Part shown: piece by piece, positions 10,606 through 22,681 of the stretch
Numbering within the stretch: the first letter of the stretch is position 1
How the letters are laid out: each line of letters starts with the position of its first letter
NCBI GenBank assembly: GCA_965262915.1
Contig: OZ253564.1
Span: 3,072,001 to 3,136,000 of the forward strand
Length of the DNA: 64,000 bases
DNA from: Candidatus Spongiisociaceae bacterium
GTDB lineage: Bacteria > Actinomycetota > Acidimicrobiia > Spongiisociales > Spongiisociaceae
Direction: 5' to 3'
Notes under the pieces: model-generated
The model's database searches: none
Told to the model about the DNA's origin: nothing
The model's input: the letters and a program-made list of their open reading frames with translations, nothing else
Program-made: the position numbers and the translations under genes

Positions 10606-12069
10606 CTAACGCCACGGCATGTCCGTAGGAGTGACCGGGTCGGGCATCATCGTGTCTCCCATGAGGTACCCGTCCACAGCTGTGGCGCAACTCCGGCCCT
10701 CGGCGATCGCCCAGACGATCAGAGACTGTCCTCGTCCCATGTCGCCGGCGACGAAGACACCCTCGATGTTGGTTGACCAGTTGCTGTTCCTGGCGACGGT
10801 ACCCCGGTCGGTCAGGCGGACTCCCAGCTGTTCCAGCATCGGCGAGCGTTCCGGTCCGGTAAAACCCAGGGCCAGCAGCACCAGGTCGGCAGGGTACTCC
10901 TCATCAGTGCCCTCGATCTTGTCGAAGGACATCCGTCCATCACGGAACGACAGGTCGACGCCGCGGGTCCGCAGGGCCGTCACTCGGCCCCGTCCGTTCC
11001 CGACGAACTCCTCGGTGTTGATGGCGAAGCGCCGCACTCCTCCCTCCTCATGGGCCGAGGAGACCCGATACATGAGGGGCCAGGTCGGCCAGGGTGTGCT
11101 GTCGGCCCGCGCGTCCGGCGGCCGGGGCATGATCTCGAACTGGTGCACGGAAGCGGCACCCTGCCGGTGGACGGTCCCCAGGCAGTCGGCGCCCGTGTCT
11201 CCCCCACCGATGATGATCACATGCTTGCCGGACGCGGATATCGGAGGCTCATCCGTGTCCCCGAACCGGACACGGTTGGCCATGGGGAGGAACTCCATGG
11301 CCTGGTGGATCCCGGCGAGGCGCCTTCCCGGAATGGGCAGATCCCGCCACCGGGTGGCGCCCGCGGCCAGGATCAACGCGTCGAACCCGGACATCAGGCG
11401 GTCGGCGGTCAGGTCGACGCCCACTTCGGCATCGACCACGAACTCGGTGCCTTCCGCTTCCATCTGGTCGAGACGCCGGTCGAGGACACGCTTCTCCATC
11501 TTGAACTCGGGTATGCCGTATCGGAGCAGGCCCCCGATGCGGTCGGCCCGTTCGTAGACCGTCACGGCATGTCCCGCCCGGGTGAGTTGCTGGGCTGCCG
11601 CGAGGCCGGCCGGACCGGACCCCACCACCGCCACCCGCTTGCCCGTGAGCGTGGTCGGTACGACCGGAGCCACCCACCCTTCCGCCCAGGCCCGCTCGAT
11701 GATCTCGAGTTCCACCTGCTTTATGGTCACCGGGTCCGAGTTGATACCCAGGACGCAGGCAGCCTCGCACGGCGCCGGACACAGCCTTCCGGTGAACTCG
11801 GGGAAGTTGTTGGTGGCGTGGAGGCGGTCGATCGCCTCCTTCCAGTTGTCGCGGTATACGAGATCGTTCCAGTCCGGGATGAGGTTGCCGAGGGGGCATC
11901 CGCCGTTGCAGAAGGGGATTCCGCAATCCATGCACCGCGATGCCTGGTCGCGGAGATCCTGGAGCGGGAACTCCGCGTAGACCTCCTGCCAGTCGAGGAG
12001 CCGTACATCGACCGATCGCCGGGAAGGCGTCCGGCGCCCGTGCTTGAGGAAACCCTTGATGTCACCCAT
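10606..12069 (-). CDS. gltD: Glutamate synthase small subunit
   Basis: [58 protein letters not shown]. Confidence 0.97.
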   Translation of the reverse strand: MGDIKGFLKHGRRTPSRRSVDVRLLDWQEVYAEFPLQDLRDQASRCMDCGIPFCNGGCPLGNLIPDWNDLVYRDNWKEAIDRLHATNNFPEFTGRLCPAPCEAACVLGINSDPVTIKQVELEIIERAWAEGWVAPVVPTTLTGKRVAVVGSGPAGLAAAQQLTRAGHAVTVYERADRIGGLLRYGIPEFKMEKRVLDRRLDQMEAEGTEFVVDAEVGVDLTADRLMSGFDALILAAGATRWRDLPIPGRRLAGIHQAMEFLPMANRVRFGDTDEPPISASGKHVIIIGGGDTGADCLGTVHRQGAASVHQFEIMPRPPDARADSTPWPTWPLMYRVSSAHEEGGVRRFAINTEEFVGNGRGRVTALRTRGVDLSFRDGRMSFDKIEGTDEEYPADLVLLALGFTGPERSPMLEQLGVRLTDRGTVARNSNWSTNIEGVFVAGDMGRGQSLIVWAIAEGRSCATAVDGYLMGDTMMPDPVTPTDMPWR

Positions 12070-15000
12070 GGTCCGCACCCATGATTGCCTCGAGTACCGG
12101 TTCTCCGGTGATCTCCGCGTGGCGCACGGCCTCGATGACTCTCCTGTAGTCGTCCGGCATCACCTTCACGAAACGCCACACCTCTTCGTCCCATCCAGCC
12201 AGTATCCGTTCGGCCGGCGCGGAGCCCGTCTCCAAGTAGTGGGCCGTCACCCGGTCGTGCAAGAACCTCAGGTCCTCGCCACTGAGGGGATCGAGCGACA
12301 CCATCTCCAGGTTCACCCGGCCGGGGAAGGATCCGTCCGAGTCGTACACGTACGCGATGCCGCCTGACATGCCCGCGGCGAAGTTGCGACCGGTAAGGCC
12401 GAGGATCACCGCTCGCCCTCCGGTCATGTACTCGCAACCGTGATCGCCGATACCCTCCACCACGGCCACTGCGCCCGAGTTGCGGACGCAGAATCGCTCC
12501 CCCACCACGCCCCGCAGGAACATCTCACCGGAGGTCGCCCCGTAGAGGATCACGTTGCCGGCGATGATGTTGTCCTCTGCCACGAGGGGAGCTTCGGGGG
12601 GTGGCTTCACCACGATACGCCCGCCGGACAGACCCTTACCCACGTAGTCGTTGGCGCTCCCGACGAGATTCAGGGTGATGCCCTTGGGCAGGAAGGCGCC
12701 GAAGCTCATACCGGCCCAACCCGTGAAGTTGACGGTGATGGAGTCGTCCGGGAGTCCGGCCGCCCCGAAGCGGCGGGTCACGTGATAGCCGAGGAGGGTT
12801 CCCACCGCTCGGTTGACGTTGCGTACGGGCAGGTCCAGGGTCACCGGAGGGCCACCCGACAGCGTTCCCTCGGCCAGTTGGATGAGGGTCTGGTCGAGGG
12901 CTTGGTCCAGGCCGTGATCCTGCTCGGTGGTCTGGTGTCTGGCCTGGCCTGGGGCGAGTTCCGGCACGTAGAAGATCGGAGACAGGTCGAGGCCCTCGCT
13001 CTTCCAGTGGGCCGCGGCATCCCTCACGTCCAGCAACTCGGCATGGCCGATGGCCTCGTCGAGCCTCCGGAAGCCCAGTTCGGCGAGCAGTTCCCGGACC
13101 TGTTCGGCTATGAAGCGCATGAAGTTGACGACGAACCGGGCTTTTCCGCTGAACCGTTCGCGCAGTTCCGGGTTCTGGGTGGCGACGCCGACCGGGCAGG
13201 TGTCGAGGTGGCACACCCGCATCATGATGCAGCCCGAGACCACCAGCGGTGCGGTGGCGAACCCGTACTCGTCGGCACCCAGCAGCGCCGCGATCACCAC
13301 ATCCCGGCCGGTCTTCAGTTGCCCGTCGGTCTGTACCACGATCCGGTCCCGCAGGCCGTTGAGTAACAACGTCTGCTGCGTCTCGGCCAGACCGATCTCC
13401 CAGGGACCGCCGGCGTGCTTGATGGACGTGAGGGGGGAGGCGCCCGTGCCACCGTCGTAGCCCGAGATCAGGACTACGTCGGCCTTGGCCTTGGCGACCC
13501 CGGCGGCAACCGTTCCCACGCCCATCTGGGCGACCAGCTTCACGTGGATCCTGGCCCGCGGGTTGGAGTTCTTCAGATCGTGGATGAGTTGCTTGATATC
13601 CTCGATGGAGTAGATGTCGTGATGGGGCGGCGGCGAGATCAGACCTACACCGGGAGTCGACATGCGGGTCTCGGCGATCCACGGATACACCTTGTAGCCG
13701 GGTAGCTGGCCCCCCTCGCCCGGCTTCGCCCCCTGAGCCATCTTGATCTGGAGGTCGTCGGCGTTCACCAGGTACTCGGACGTCACTCCGAAGCGGCCCG
13801 ATGCCACCTGCTTGACCGCACTGCGCCGCAGGTCGCCATTGGGGTCGGCAATGTTGCGGGCCGGGTCTTCACCCCCTTCCCCCGTGTTCGACTTGCCGCC
13901 GATCCTGTTCATGGCGATGGCCAGAGTCTCGTGGGCCTCCTTGGAGATGGAACCGTAGGACATGGCCCCGGTGTTGAACCGCTTCATGATCTCCCGAACT
14001 GGTTCGACCTCTTGGATGGGGACCGGCGTTCGGTCCTCGGTCCTGAAACGGAACAGGCCTCTCAGGGTGCCCAGGCGCTCCGACTGGTCGTCGACGAGGC
14101 GGGTGTACTCGTTGAAGATGTCGTAGCGGCCCTCCCGAGTCGAATGCTGGAGCTTGTACACCGTATCGGGGTTGAACAGGTGGTACTCGCCCTCCCGCCG
14201 CCACTGGTACTCCCCGCCGCCGTCGAGATCCCGGTGGGCCGTCTCCCCCGGGTTGTCGGCAAAGGCCGCTCGGTGACGGTGGACCGCCTCCGCAGCGATG
14301 ATCTCGAGATCAACACCCCCGATCCGGCTCACGGTGCCGGTGAAGTAGGAATCGATCACCTCGGCGCCGACTCCCACCGCCTCGAATATCTGGGCCCCGA
14401 TGTATGAGGCGATTGTCGAGATGCCCATCTTCGACATCACCTTCAGAATGCCCTTGTCGGCCGCCTTCATGTAGTTGGCATGGGCTTTCCCCCTGTCCAT
14501 GCCAACTAGGCCGTGGCTCTCTCCGTCGATCATGTGGTCGATGGCAGCGAAGGCCATATAGGGGTTGATGGCGGTGGCGCCGTATCCCAGCAGCAGGCAC
14601 AGGTGGTGGACCTCCCTGGCGTCCCCGGTCTCCACTATCAGGCCCACCCGGGTGCGGTTCCGGGTCCGGACAAGATGGTGGTGTACGGCGGCGGTCGCGA
14701 GGAGGGACGGAATCGGAACCCGGTCCCGGCTCACTTCACGATCGGACAGTGCGATCGCCCAGACCCCCGCCTCGATCAGCTCGTCGACCTCGGCGCAGAC
14801 CTGCGCGAGAGCGTCGCGCAGGGCGGCTCCGCCGCCGTCGGGGCGGAAGTGGCAGCGCACCACGGCGGCTGACCCGCGGATCTTCGGGACTTCGTCCATG
14901 CTCAGCAGTGATGCGAGTTGCCCGTTGTCGATTATGGGGCTGTCGAGTTCGATCATGTTGCACGAGTCGGGCCCCGGGTCCAACAAGTTCGACTCCGGAC

Positions 15001-16639
15001 CGATGGTCGTTCGCATCGAGGTCACCAACTCCTCCCGGATCGCGTCGAGCGGAGGATTGGTCACCTGGGCGAAGAGTTGCTTGAAGTACTCGAACAGCAT
15101 GCGGCTACGGTTGGAGAGGACCGCCGGCGGCGTGTCGGTCCCCATCGAGCCGAGCGCCTCCTCGCCGCCGAGCACCATCGGCGCGATCAGCATCTTCAGT
15201 TCTTCGTGGGTGTAACCGAAGGTCTGGAGGCGCTGGAGTACGGGCAGCCGGTCGTCACCTTCCGGTGCCACCGCCGGAAGGTTCCCGAGGTGGACCAGCC
15301 CGTCGCCGAGCCACGCCGTGTAGGGCCGCGCCGTCGCGAGGTCCCGTTTGATCTCCACGTTCCGAACGATGCGGCCCGCAATGGTGTCCACCAGGAACAT
15401 CCTTCCGGGGCGGAGCCGGCCCTTCTCGACGATACGCGACTGGGGCACGTCGGTCACCCCCACCTCGGAAGCCATGACCACCAGGTCGTCATCGCTGACC
15501 CAGTAGCGGGAGGGGCGTAGCCCGTTACGATCCAGCACCGCGCCGATCTGCCTCCCGTCGGTGAAGGCGATCGATGCCGGGCCGTCCCACGGCTCCATCA
15601 ACGCGGAGTGGTAACGGTAGAAGTCCCGCACCGCGGGATCCAGGCTCTCGTGTTTCTCCCACGGCTCGGGAATCATCATCAGGACCGCTTCGGGGAGCGA
15701 GTAACCACCCATGTAGAGGAGCTCCAGCACCTCGTCGAAGCCCGCCGTATCCGAGACCCCCGGCGTGCAGACCGGGAAGATGCGATCGAGGTCACCCGGG
15801 ATGAGGTCGGTTGCCAGGAGGCTCTCCCGGGCACGCATGAAATTGCGGTTGCCCTGGATGGTGTTTATCTCGCCGTTGTGGGCGATCATCCGGTAGGGAT
15901 GCGCCAGAGGCCACGTCGGGAAGGTGTTGGTGGAGAAACGTGCATGCACCAGGGCGATCGCGCTCTCGACCCGGTCGTCGTGGAGGTCGGGGTAGAAGTC
16001 GGCCAGCTGCGTCGCGGTGACCATCCCCTTGTAGATGAGCGTGCGGCACGACAGGCTCGCGAAATAGACTCCCTCGTGCATGGCCGAGGCGCCGCCGATG
16101 GCCTCCGCCGGACGATCGTCGCCCGATACGAGGCGTACCTCGTGCTCGATCCGTTTCCGCACCACGTAGGCCCGTCGCTCCAACGCCATCGCCGACGCGC
16201 CCCGACCGTCTATGAACACCTGGCCGATGGCCGGCATGGTCCTGCGCGCATCTCGCCCTATCACCGACGGATCCGTCTGTACCTCGCGCCAGCCCAAGAC
16301 ATCGAGGCCCTCCTCGGCCGCGATTCTCTCCACGTGCCGGATCCCGAGTGCGGTGAGGTCCTCGCGGTTGGGGAAGAAGGCGATTCCGGTCGCGTAGCGG
16401 CCGATGGGAGGGAGCGCGAACGGTACCGCCGCACGCAGGAAACGATCGGGCACCTGCAGGAGAATGCCGGCGCCATCCCCCGTCGCCGGGTCGGCGCCCG
16501 TGGCCCCCCGGTGCGCCATGTTGCATATGGCTCCTATGCCGAGCGAGACCAGATGGTGGCTTCGTCTTCCTTTCAGGTCCGCGACGAAGTTGACACCACA
16601 GGCGTCGTGCTCGAACTGCTCCCGGTAGAGACCGGCCAT
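12062..16639 (-). CDS. gltB: Glutamate synthase large subunit
   Basis: [70 protein letters not shown]. Confidence 0.98.
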   Translation of the reverse strand: MAGLYREQFEHDACGVNFVADLKGRRSHHLVSLGIGAICNMAHRGATGADPATGDGAGILLQVPDRFLRAAVPFALPPIGRYATGIAFFPNREDLTALGIRHVERIAAEEGLDVLGWREVQTDPSVIGRDARRTMPAIGQVFIDGRGASAMALERRAYVVRKRIEHEVRLVSGDDRPAEAIGGASAMHEGVYFASLSCRTLIYKGMVTATQLADFYPDLHDDRVESAIALVHARFSTNTFPTWPLAHPYRMIAHNGEINTIQGNRNFMRARESLLATDLIPGDLDRIFPVCTPGVSDTAGFDEVLELLYMGGYSLPEAVLMMIPEPWEKHESLDPAVRDFYRYHSALMEPWDGPASIAFTDGRQIGAVLDRNGLRPSRYWVSDDDLVVMASEVGVTDVPQSRIVEKGRLRPGRMFLVDTIAGRIVRNVEIKRDLATARPYTAWLGDGLVHLGNLPAVAPEGDDRLPVLQRLQTFGYTHEELKMLIAPMVLGGEEALGSMGTDTPPAVLSNRSRMLFEYFKQLFAQVTNPPLDAIREELVTSMRTTIGPESNLLDPGPDSCNMIELDSPIIDNGQLASLLSMDEVPKIRGSAAVVRCHFRPDGGGAALRDALAQVCAEVDELIEAGVWAIALSDREVSRDRVPIPSLLATAAVHHHLVRTRNRTRVGLIVETGDAREVHHLCLLLGYGATAINPYMAFAAIDHMIDGESHGLVGMDRGKAHANYMKAADKGILKVMSKMGISTIASYIGAQIFEAVGVGAEVIDSYFTGTVSRIGGVDLEIIAAEAVHRHRAAFADNPGETAHRDLDGGGEYQWRREGEYHLFNPDTVYKLQHSTREGRYDIFNEYTRLVDDQSERLGTLRGLFRFRTEDRTPVPIQEVEPVREIMKRFNTGAMSYGSISKEAHETLAIAMNRIGGKSNTGEGGEDPARNIADPNGDLRRSAVKQVASGRFGVTSEYLVNADDLQIKMAQGAKPGEGGQLPGYKVYPWIAETRMSTPGVGLISPPPHHDIYSIEDIKQLIHDLKNSNPRARIHVKLVAQMGVGTVAAGVAKAKADVVLISGYDGGTGASPLTSIKHAGGPWEIGLAETQQTLLLNGLRDRIVVQTDGQLKTGRDVVIAALLGADEYGFATAPLVVSGCIMMRVCHLDTCPVGVATQNPELRERFSGKARFVVNFMRFIAEQVRELLAELGFRRLDEAIGHAELLDVRDAAAHWKSEGLDLSPIFYVPELAPGQARHQTTEQDHGLDQALDQTLIQLAEGTLSGGPPVTLDLPVRNVNRAVGTLLGYHVTRRFGAAGLPDDSITVNFTGWAGMSFGAFLPKGITLNLVGSANDYVGKGLSGGRIVVKPPPEAPLVAEDNIIAGNVILYGATSGEMFLRGVVGERFCVRNSGAVAVVEGIGDHGCEYMTGGRAVILGLTGRNFAAGMSGGIAYVYDSDGSFPGRVNLEMVSLDPLSGEDLRFLHDRVTAHYLETGSAPAERILAGWDEEVWRFVKVMPDDYRRVIEAVRHAEITGEPVLEAIMGADHG

Positions 16640-16786
16640 CAACTCCCCTTCCCCCGGTCTTGCTGACAACCCTCACCATGTGGCGTGGAGGCACCCGTTC
16701 GATCGGGCCGGATCGACGAGGTTCGTCCGGCGTCAGGTAAAAACACCGACTATACACGCCTGCCGGCGGAGCCGCTCCGAGCGGTT

Positions 16787-16892
16787 GGAGGAGAATGCTG
16801 AAGAACGGGTAAATGGTTGGCCCGTCGTCCGCTGACGTAGCATTTTGTCATCGACCGTCGAGCCAACGGGGGGTTTCTCAGCACTCTCCTAG
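16787..16892 (+). mobile_element. MITE family A
   Basis: GAGAATGCTGAAGAACGGGTAAATGGTTGGCCCGTC...CAGCACTCTCCTAG, homologous to 2194-2294. Confidence 0.8.
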
Positions 16893-16913
16893 GACCTGAT
16901 AACTTGGGAGGGC

Positions 16914-17372
16914 ATGCCCGTTATCGTCATAGGCGCCGACACGCCCGTCGGAGACGCCATCGTGGATCTCGTCCTACCGTCGGCGGCCGAGGTGCGGGCG
17001 TTCGTCTCGGATGGGCAGCGGGCCCGCGATCTCAGGGATTCGAGTGTCAAGGTGGCACTCGGCGATGTCTCTGATCCATCTCATGTCGAAGCGGCTGCCC
17101 TCAACTGTTTCTGCGCGGTCCTGGTAGTCGAGGCGGCCACAGACGGTCGTGAGAGAGCGTTCGCCGCCGATCCGCAGGCTGTCATCGAGGGATGGGCCGG
17201 AGCGATCCGTAACGCAGGTGTTCAGCGCGCCATCTGGGTGGCCGGAGAGGGTAGCCGCTTACCGCTCCCCCGGCCGGTACCCGAGGTGGCGACCGTCACC
17301 GTCGGCCGATACATCGAGGGGGCAGCCCGGGAGGTGGCAGAGCTCGAAGGAGTACACCAACTCCCGGATTGA
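16914..17372 (+). CDS. NAD(P)-binding Rossmann (NmrA-like) small protein
   Basis: MPVIVIGADTPVG...VKVALGDVSD; GGAGGG RBS. Confidence 0.7.
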   Translation: MPVIVIGADTPVGDAIVDLVLPSAAEVRAFVSDGQRARDLRDSSVKVALGDVSDPSHVEAAALNCFCAVLVVEAATDGRERAFAADPQAVIEGWAGAIRNAGVQRAIWVAGEGSRLPLPRPVPEVATVTVGRYIEGAAREVAELEGVHQLPD

Positions 17373-17458
17373 CTCCGGCGGCCGGTGGCCCATGCCGCCT
17401 TCGGCGTCCCCGAGCTACCGGGCTCGGAAGCCTCGCGCGTCGCCGATCCGACCAGGGG

Positions 17459-18598
17459 TTACCCGCGTCGGACGGTCTCGGATGCGAGACGGTTTCTCAA
17501 GACCTCGCCCAGCGCCCCCGGAGCGTCGGCATGGGTGCTGGCATGGGGGGCTACCCGCAGGAACCCGTCTCTCACCGTGAGCCTGAATCCGGCCTCCGTC
17601 AGCCGCTTGTACGCCTCGGCAACCGGCTCGCCGGACGGGCGGAAGCTGACGATGCCGCTCCGCTCCGAGTCTTTCGCCCAGGGTCTCACGACGTGGGCAC
17701 CCGCTCTCCGAGCCTCGTCCTCAACCGCCTTCGAACGGTCGATCACCGTAGCCTCCACATCCTCGATCCGCGCCCTGCGAAGCGCTTCCAGCGAGCCGCG
17801 CAACGCCGCGACGGAGGTGAGCGGCGGGCTGCCCATGGTGAAGCGGCGGGAGTTGTCGAGAGGGGGGTGCGGGAGGGGTACACGGGTGTCGAAAGGATCT
17901 TTCACTCCGGGCCAGCCCACCAAGGTCGGGGAGAGCCGCTCGAGCGCCCGCTCCGAGACGGCCATCACCCCCACCCCACCACCCGCCCTCAACCACTTGT
18001 GACCTCCGGCCACCACGACATCGGCATGCTCCATCGAGAAGCGCACCGCACCCAGGGCCTGGACGGCGTCGACCACCACCAGAGCTTCGCCGGCGGCTTC
18101 GCGCATCGAAGCCAGATCGCACCGGTAGCCGGTGTGGAAGTCGACGTAACTGAGCGCCACGGCCGTGGTCGAAGCGTCCCGGGCTCGGGCAATGAGATCG
18201 GCGGTGAGGCGGCCACCGGGGACCTCGACCATCCTCGGCTCTATGCGGCCCTCCTCGCCGGCCCGCACCCACGGATACAGGTTGGCGGCGAACTCGGTAC
18301 GGGGGATGACCACCGAACCGCCGGAGAGGCCGAACGCCACCGCAAAGAGGCCGGAGGAGGTGTTCGGAACCACGCCCACCCGGTCCGGTGCGGTACCGAT
18401 CAGATCGGCTGCCAGGGCCGAGGTGAGCTCGAGCTGCTCCATGACCAGTGGGATCAGACCCCCCTGCCCGCCCGCCATGGCCTCTCCCATCTCGGCGAGA
18501 CGCGCCCGCGCGGGGATCGACATGGCGCCGATCGCGGCGAAATCGAGAAAGCCGAACGGCTCGTCGTACTGCTTGAGGAAGGACTCCGATAAGGACAT
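17459..18598 (-). CDS. Class V PLP-dependent aminotransferase/lyase
   Basis: LDFAAIG, VPNTSSGL, VVDAVQALG, GGHKWL, ERSGIVSF. Confidence 0.88.
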   Translation of the reverse strand: MSLSESFLKQYDEPFGFLDFAAIGAMSIPARARLAEMGEAMAGGQGGLIPLVMEQLELTSALAADLIGTAPDRVGVVPNTSSGLFAVAFGLSGGSVVIPRTEFAANLYPWVRAGEEGRIEPRMVEVPGGRLTADLIARARDASTTAVALSYVDFHTGYRCDLASMREAAGEALVVVDAVQALGAVRFSMEHADVVVAGGHKWLRAGGGVGVMAVSERALERLSPTLVGWPGVKDPFDTRVPLPHPPLDNSRRFTMGSPPLTSVAALRGSLEALRRARIEDVEATVIDRSKAVEDEARRAGAHVVRPWAKDSERSGIVSFRPSGEPVAEAYKRLTEAGFRLTVRDGFLRVAPHASTHADAPGALGEVLRNRLASETVRRG

Positions 18599-18709
18599 GG
18601 ACGGGGCGAGCCTACTCCTCTCTGCACTGCCCGGGACGACGAGAGGAGTACCGTAGCCGGGGTAACGCAGGCCGACTCCCGACAGCGGCCTCACGATCCG
18701 GAGTGGGAA

Positions 18710-19819
18710 ATGGCCGACCTTCCGTCCTCGACCGGAGTAGCGGTCATCGGATGCGGGATCATGGGCGCCTGCGCCGCGTACCACCTGGCTGCATCCGGCG
18801 CCGATGTCACCGTGCTGGAGCGTGACACGATCGGTTCGGGCTCGACGGCCAAGTCGGCCGGCGGGTTCAGAGCGCAGTTCTCGGACGAACTCAACATCAG
18901 GATGGCGGTCGAGAATATCCGCCGCCTGGAACGATTCGAGGCCGAGTTCGACACGGATATCGGCCTCAGGCAGTGGGGATACCTGTTCCTGCTGACCGAG
19001 CGGGACGTGGAGACCTTCCGCCGAGCGGTCGATCTGCAACGGTCCCATGGAGTTCCTTCGGAACTGATCGATCCGGAAACCGCCCGGGCTATGGCGCCCG
19101 GAATCCGCACCGACGACCTGGCCGCCGCTACGTTCTGTCCTTGGGACGGTTCCTGCACACCCGAGGCCGTGGCCCAGGGATACGCCCGGGCCGCGGTCCG
19201 TCACGGCGCGATCATCGTCCAGCAATGCGAGGCGATCGAGATCGTCGAAGCCGGGGGCCGGATAAGGGGTATCCGGACCAGCCACGGGTTCATCTCGACC
19301 GGTGAGGTCGTGCTCACGGCGGGCGTGTGGAGCCCCCGGCTCGCCGCTCCGCTCGGCCTCCGTCTCCCGGTGCGGGCCGAGAGACGGCACATCTGGCTGA
19401 GCCGGGGCCCCGATCCGTTCCCCCACCGCCTCCCCTTGGTGATCGACTTCGCCACCGGCTTCTACATACAGCGGGAGGGGCGCGGACTGGCGATGGGCGG
19501 CCGGGCTCAGACTCTGGAGGAGTTGGCGCCCACCGTCGCAAACCGTGCTCCATGCCTCCTCGAATCGGAGATAACGCATGGCTGGTGGGGCTACTACGCA
19601 ACGAGCCCCGACCACAACGCCCTGATCGGATCCGCGCCCGGAGTCGAACGGCTCCACTACGCGACCGGGTTCAGCGGGCACGGTTTCCAGCAGGGACCAG
19701 TAGTCGGACGTCACCTCGCCGAACTCGCCCTGGGGTTGGTACCCACTTTCGACCTGGCGCCCTTCGATGCACGCCGGTTCGAAACCGGCTCGACCATACC
19801 CGAGTCAGCGGTTATCTGA
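18710..19819 (+). CDS. FAD-dependent oxidoreductase (DAO / sarcosine oxidase beta-like)
   Basis: IGCGIMG, GSTAKSAGGFR, GYLFL, ATGFSGHGFQQGP. Confidence 0.92.
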   Translation: MADLPSSTGVAVIGCGIMGACAAYHLAASGADVTVLERDTIGSGSTAKSAGGFRAQFSDELNIRMAVENIRRLERFEAEFDTDIGLRQWGYLFLLTERDVETFRRAVDLQRSHGVPSELIDPETARAMAPGIRTDDLAAATFCPWDGSCTPEAVAQGYARAAVRHGAIIVQQCEAIEIVEAGGRIRGIRTSHGFISTGEVVLTAGVWSPRLAAPLGLRLPVRAERRHIWLSRGPDPFPHRLPLVIDFATGFYIQREGRGLAMGGRAQTLEELAPTVANRAPCLLESEITHGWWGYYATSPDHNALIGSAPGVERLHYATGFSGHGFQQGPVVGRHLAELALGLVPTFDLAPFDARRFETGSTIPESAVI

Positions 19820-21066
19820 TGCCGAGTCTCGACCTGAGCCCCGAGGACCGGGCCATGCTGGCCGGGGAACTCGGCGAGGCCGACGCCGTCGCCATGCGCC
19901 TGCTGGTCGGACTGGCCCGAGCAACCGGCGCCCGCCGCCTGATCGACATCACCGGCGCCCATATCGACGGGACCCTCTACCTCGGCCGGGCCAGCCTCGA
20001 CTATGCCACCCGCCTGCGCGATCTCGGCGGGAGGGTCCGGGTGCCCACCACGCTCAACGTTTCCTCGCTCGACCTGCTCCACCCGGAGTTGTTCCGGGGC
20101 GACGACTCGACCCGGCGAGCGGCGCGGGCGACCATGCAGGCCTACCTCGACATGGGCGGGCGCCCCACATGGACCTGCGCTCCGTACCAGCTCCCCGAGC
20201 GACCGCGGTTCGGGGACCGGGTCGCCTGGGGGGAATCCAACGCCATCGTGTTCGCCAACTCGGTACTGGGCGCCCGTACCCCGCGGTTCGGGGACTTCGT
20301 CGACATCGCGGCAGCGCTCACCGGGCGGGCGCCCGAGTTCGGTCTCTACCTGGACGACTGCCGCCGGGCCGGGGTGCACTTCGACGTATCCGGCATTCCT
20401 CAGCCTGCCAAGGTGACCGAGCAGTTCTTCGCGGTGCTCGGCTTCCTGGTAGGGAAGGAAGCCGGTCTCGAAGTGCCGGTCATCACCGGAATCGAGTCAG
20501 CCACCGAGGACCAGATGAAGGTGCTCGGCGCCGCCGCGGCCACCTCGGGGGCGGTGGGGTTGATTCACCTGGTCGGGGTCACACCGGAAGCTCCTACCCT
20601 GGGGAGTGTCACCGTGGGGCGGCGGCCGCGATTCGTGGAGGTCACCCCGGAGGCTCTCGATGCCGCCTACGGCGCGCTCTCCAATGCCTCGGCCGGAACC
20701 CTGCGTACCGTGAACCTCGGTACTCCTCATTACTCGGCCAGACAGATCGTCCGGCTCGGCGCCCTGCTGGGAGGACGGAGGGTGCATGAGCGCGTGACCA
20801 TGTACGTGAACACGGGACGCGATGTCCTTCGCTCGACACAGGAGGTCGGCGACCTGGAGGGATTGGGCGTGGTGTTCGTGGTCGACACCTGCACCTACGT
20901 CACTCCGATGATCGAGGACCGGAACGGGGTGGCGATGACCGACTCGGCCAAGTGGGCCTACTACGCCCCCGGCAACCTCGGCTTGGAGGTCATGTTCGGA
21001 TCAACCGCCGACTGCGTGGAGTCGGCCCTCGCGGGCCGGGTGGTGCGGGAGACCACACCGTGGTGA
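19819..21066 (+). CDS. Aconitase X large (catalytic) subunit
   Basis: AHIDG, VPTTLN, TWTCAPY, AWGESNAIVFANSVLGART, GVTPEA, DTC, SAKWAYY; ATG overlaps the upstream TGA. Confidence 0.9.
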   Translation: MPSLDLSPEDRAMLAGELGEADAVAMRLLVGLARATGARRLIDITGAHIDGTLYLGRASLDYATRLRDLGGRVRVPTTLNVSSLDLLHPELFRGDDSTRRAARATMQAYLDMGGRPTWTCAPYQLPERPRFGDRVAWGESNAIVFANSVLGARTPRFGDFVDIAAALTGRAPEFGLYLDDCRRAGVHFDVSGIPQPAKVTEQFFAVLGFLVGKEAGLEVPVITGIESATEDQMKVLGAAAATSGAVGLIHLVGVTPEAPTLGSVTVGRRPRFVEVTPEALDAAYGALSNASAGTLRTVNLGTPHYSARQIVRLGALLGGRRVHERVTMYVNTGRDVLRSTQEVGDLEGLGVVFVVDTCTYVTPMIEDRNGVAMTDSAKWAYYAPGNLGLEVMFGSTADCVESALAGRVVRETTPW

Positions 21067-21482
21067 AGATCCGGCTGCAGGGTAAGCCCCTTGTGCCGGG
21101 CGCGGCCGTGGGAGATAGCCTGGTGCTCACCGAACCCCTCAGCTGGTGGGGTGGGTTGGATCCGATCACCGGGACCGTGGTGGACGGCAGCCATCCCCAA
21201 TTCCGGGAGCGGACCACCGGGAGGATCCTGGTTCTGCCCCACGGACGCGGGTCCTCGGGAGGCTCGGCCGTTCTCGCCGAGTCCATAAGGGCGGGAACCG
21301 CGCCGGCGGGACTGGTGCTGAACAGTGCCGACCCCATCCTGGTCGTAGGGGTGATGGTGGCGGCGGAACTATATCCCGGACGTGGTTGCCCGCTGGTGGT
21401 CGTCGAGGAGGGGTTCGACTTGCTGGGCGGCGACCGCTCGACGCGTGTTCACCCCGACGGAACAGTCGAACAGGAAACCTGA
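21063..21482 (+). CDS. Aconitase X small (swivel) subunit
   Basis: LSWWGGLDPITG...HP...GRILVLPHGRGSSGGS. Confidence 0.9.
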   Translation: MKIRLQGKPLVPGAAVGDSLVLTEPLSWWGGLDPITGTVVDGSHPQFRERTTGRILVLPHGRGSSGGSAVLAESIRAGTAPAGLVLNSADPILVVGVMVAAELYPGRGCPLVVVEEGFDLLGGDRSTRVHPDGTVEQET

Positions 21483-21555
21483 TATCGGCTGCTGGTGGCC
21501 ATGAATCTGCCGCCGGTGACCACTACCGATCACCAAACACCGGCCACCGGCCGCA

Positions 21556-22188
21556 TCATCGGCCGGCCAGGCGCGCCTCCACCAGCCCGTTGACCGACTC
21601 GAGGGCTGTGATCGAGCGCCCGATCCTGGTGGCCGGATCGTCTGTCTCGAGGATCTCCTGCCTGTCGAGGTCCGGTACCGGGAGAACATCGAGCGCCCGG
21701 TACGCAGCGGGCAGGGCCTCGTCGGGCAAGGGCCCGATAGACCCGGTGTTGATCCCCATCTCGGCGAAGAGCGCCAACCCGCGCCAAAACGCCCGGTCGA
21801 GGCGTCGGCGACATCGAGGATCGGCGACAAAGCCGGACGGATCGTCCAGGCGTTGGACCCGGGCTTGCGGATACGGATCGTCGGCGAGCCACCCCTCGAC
21901 CCGGATCCGGGTATCGCCGCGGGCGACTACCAGGAGTTGCCCGTCCCCCGGCGAACCGACTCCTGTGATGGTCACAGCGACGCCGACGTCGAAACGGGCG
22001 TCTCCACCCCCGACCTCCCAACCTCGTTCGATCAGCACCACCCCGAACCCCGAGTCCCGCCGGACGCAGCGGTCGATCATCTCCAGGTACCGGGACTCGA
22101 AGACGCGCAAGGTCAGTACGGCACCGGGGAAGATGCCCCTACTCAGCGGGAACATCGGGAGCCACTCGACCGATGGTCGCTCAGGCAT
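21556..22188 (-). CDS. LON peptidase substrate-binding domain protein
   Basis: LPMFPL...FPGAVLTLRVFESRY...FGVVLIERGWEVGGG. Confidence 0.88.
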   Translation of the reverse strand: MPERPSVEWLPMFPLSRGIFPGAVLTLRVFESRYLEMIDRCVRRDSGFGVVLIERGWEVGGGDARFDVGVAVTITGVGSPGDGQLLVVARGDTRIRVEGWLADDPYPQARVQRLDDPSGFVADPRCRRRLDRAFWRGLALFAEMGINTGSIGPLPDEALPAAYRALDVLPVPDLDRQEILETDDPATRIGRSITALESVNGLVEARLAGR

Positions 22189-22672
22189 CGCCGGGAGAAG
22201 CCGTCCCTCGGGGCACCCGGCGGGTATGGCCCGACCGTTGCTGTACCCGGAAACGTATGCGAGCGACCTCCGTGAAGCCTACGAAGATCGGAAACGCGTA
22301 CCCGCCCGGATTCGGGAAGAGAAGGTTGTTGAAGGTGAAGGCCCGGGTCACGCCCGTATCACTTCCCGCCGGCCTCCCGAGACGGTGCGTGACCTTGATG
22401 TGCTGGGCGAACCGCTTCCCGCCGAACAGGCTCTTCCCGTCCTCATCGACGAGGTCGACGGACAGATCGAACTCTTCGAGGTGCGACCACGGCACCCTGA
22501 TACGGATCCCGATCCCCAGCGACGGATGGCGGGCCGGAAACGAACCCACCCAAAGCATGTCCCATCCCCCACCGAGAACGTACAGTTTGCCGCCCACCGC
22601 CTGCACGGCATCGGCCACCATGGCGAACTCGACCCTGGGAGTCGGATCGAGCGAGGTCTCGAGAGAGTCCAT
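22181..22672 (-). CDS. Conserved hypothetical protein (DUF6941-like)
   Basis: ADAVQAVGGKLYVLGGGW...PGGY motif; leaderless TAGAGT-N6-ATG. Confidence 0.75.
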   Translation of the reverse strand: MDSLETSLDPTPRVEFAMVADAVQAVGGKLYVLGGGWDMLWVGSFPARHPSLGIGIRIRVPWSHLEEFDLSVDLVDEDGKSLFGGKRFAQHIKVTHRLGRPAGSDTGVTRAFTFNNLLFPNPGGYAFPIFVGFTEVARIRFRVQQRSGHTRRVPRGTASPGDA

Positions 22673-22681
22673 CCCGCAACT

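Noticed and set aside
17459-19714. Apparent large fusion ORFs (751 aa; also N-extensions of 5732-7912, 19327-21066, 43896-45143)
   Set aside because: The N-terminal extensions overlap other real genes; the true starts are internal.
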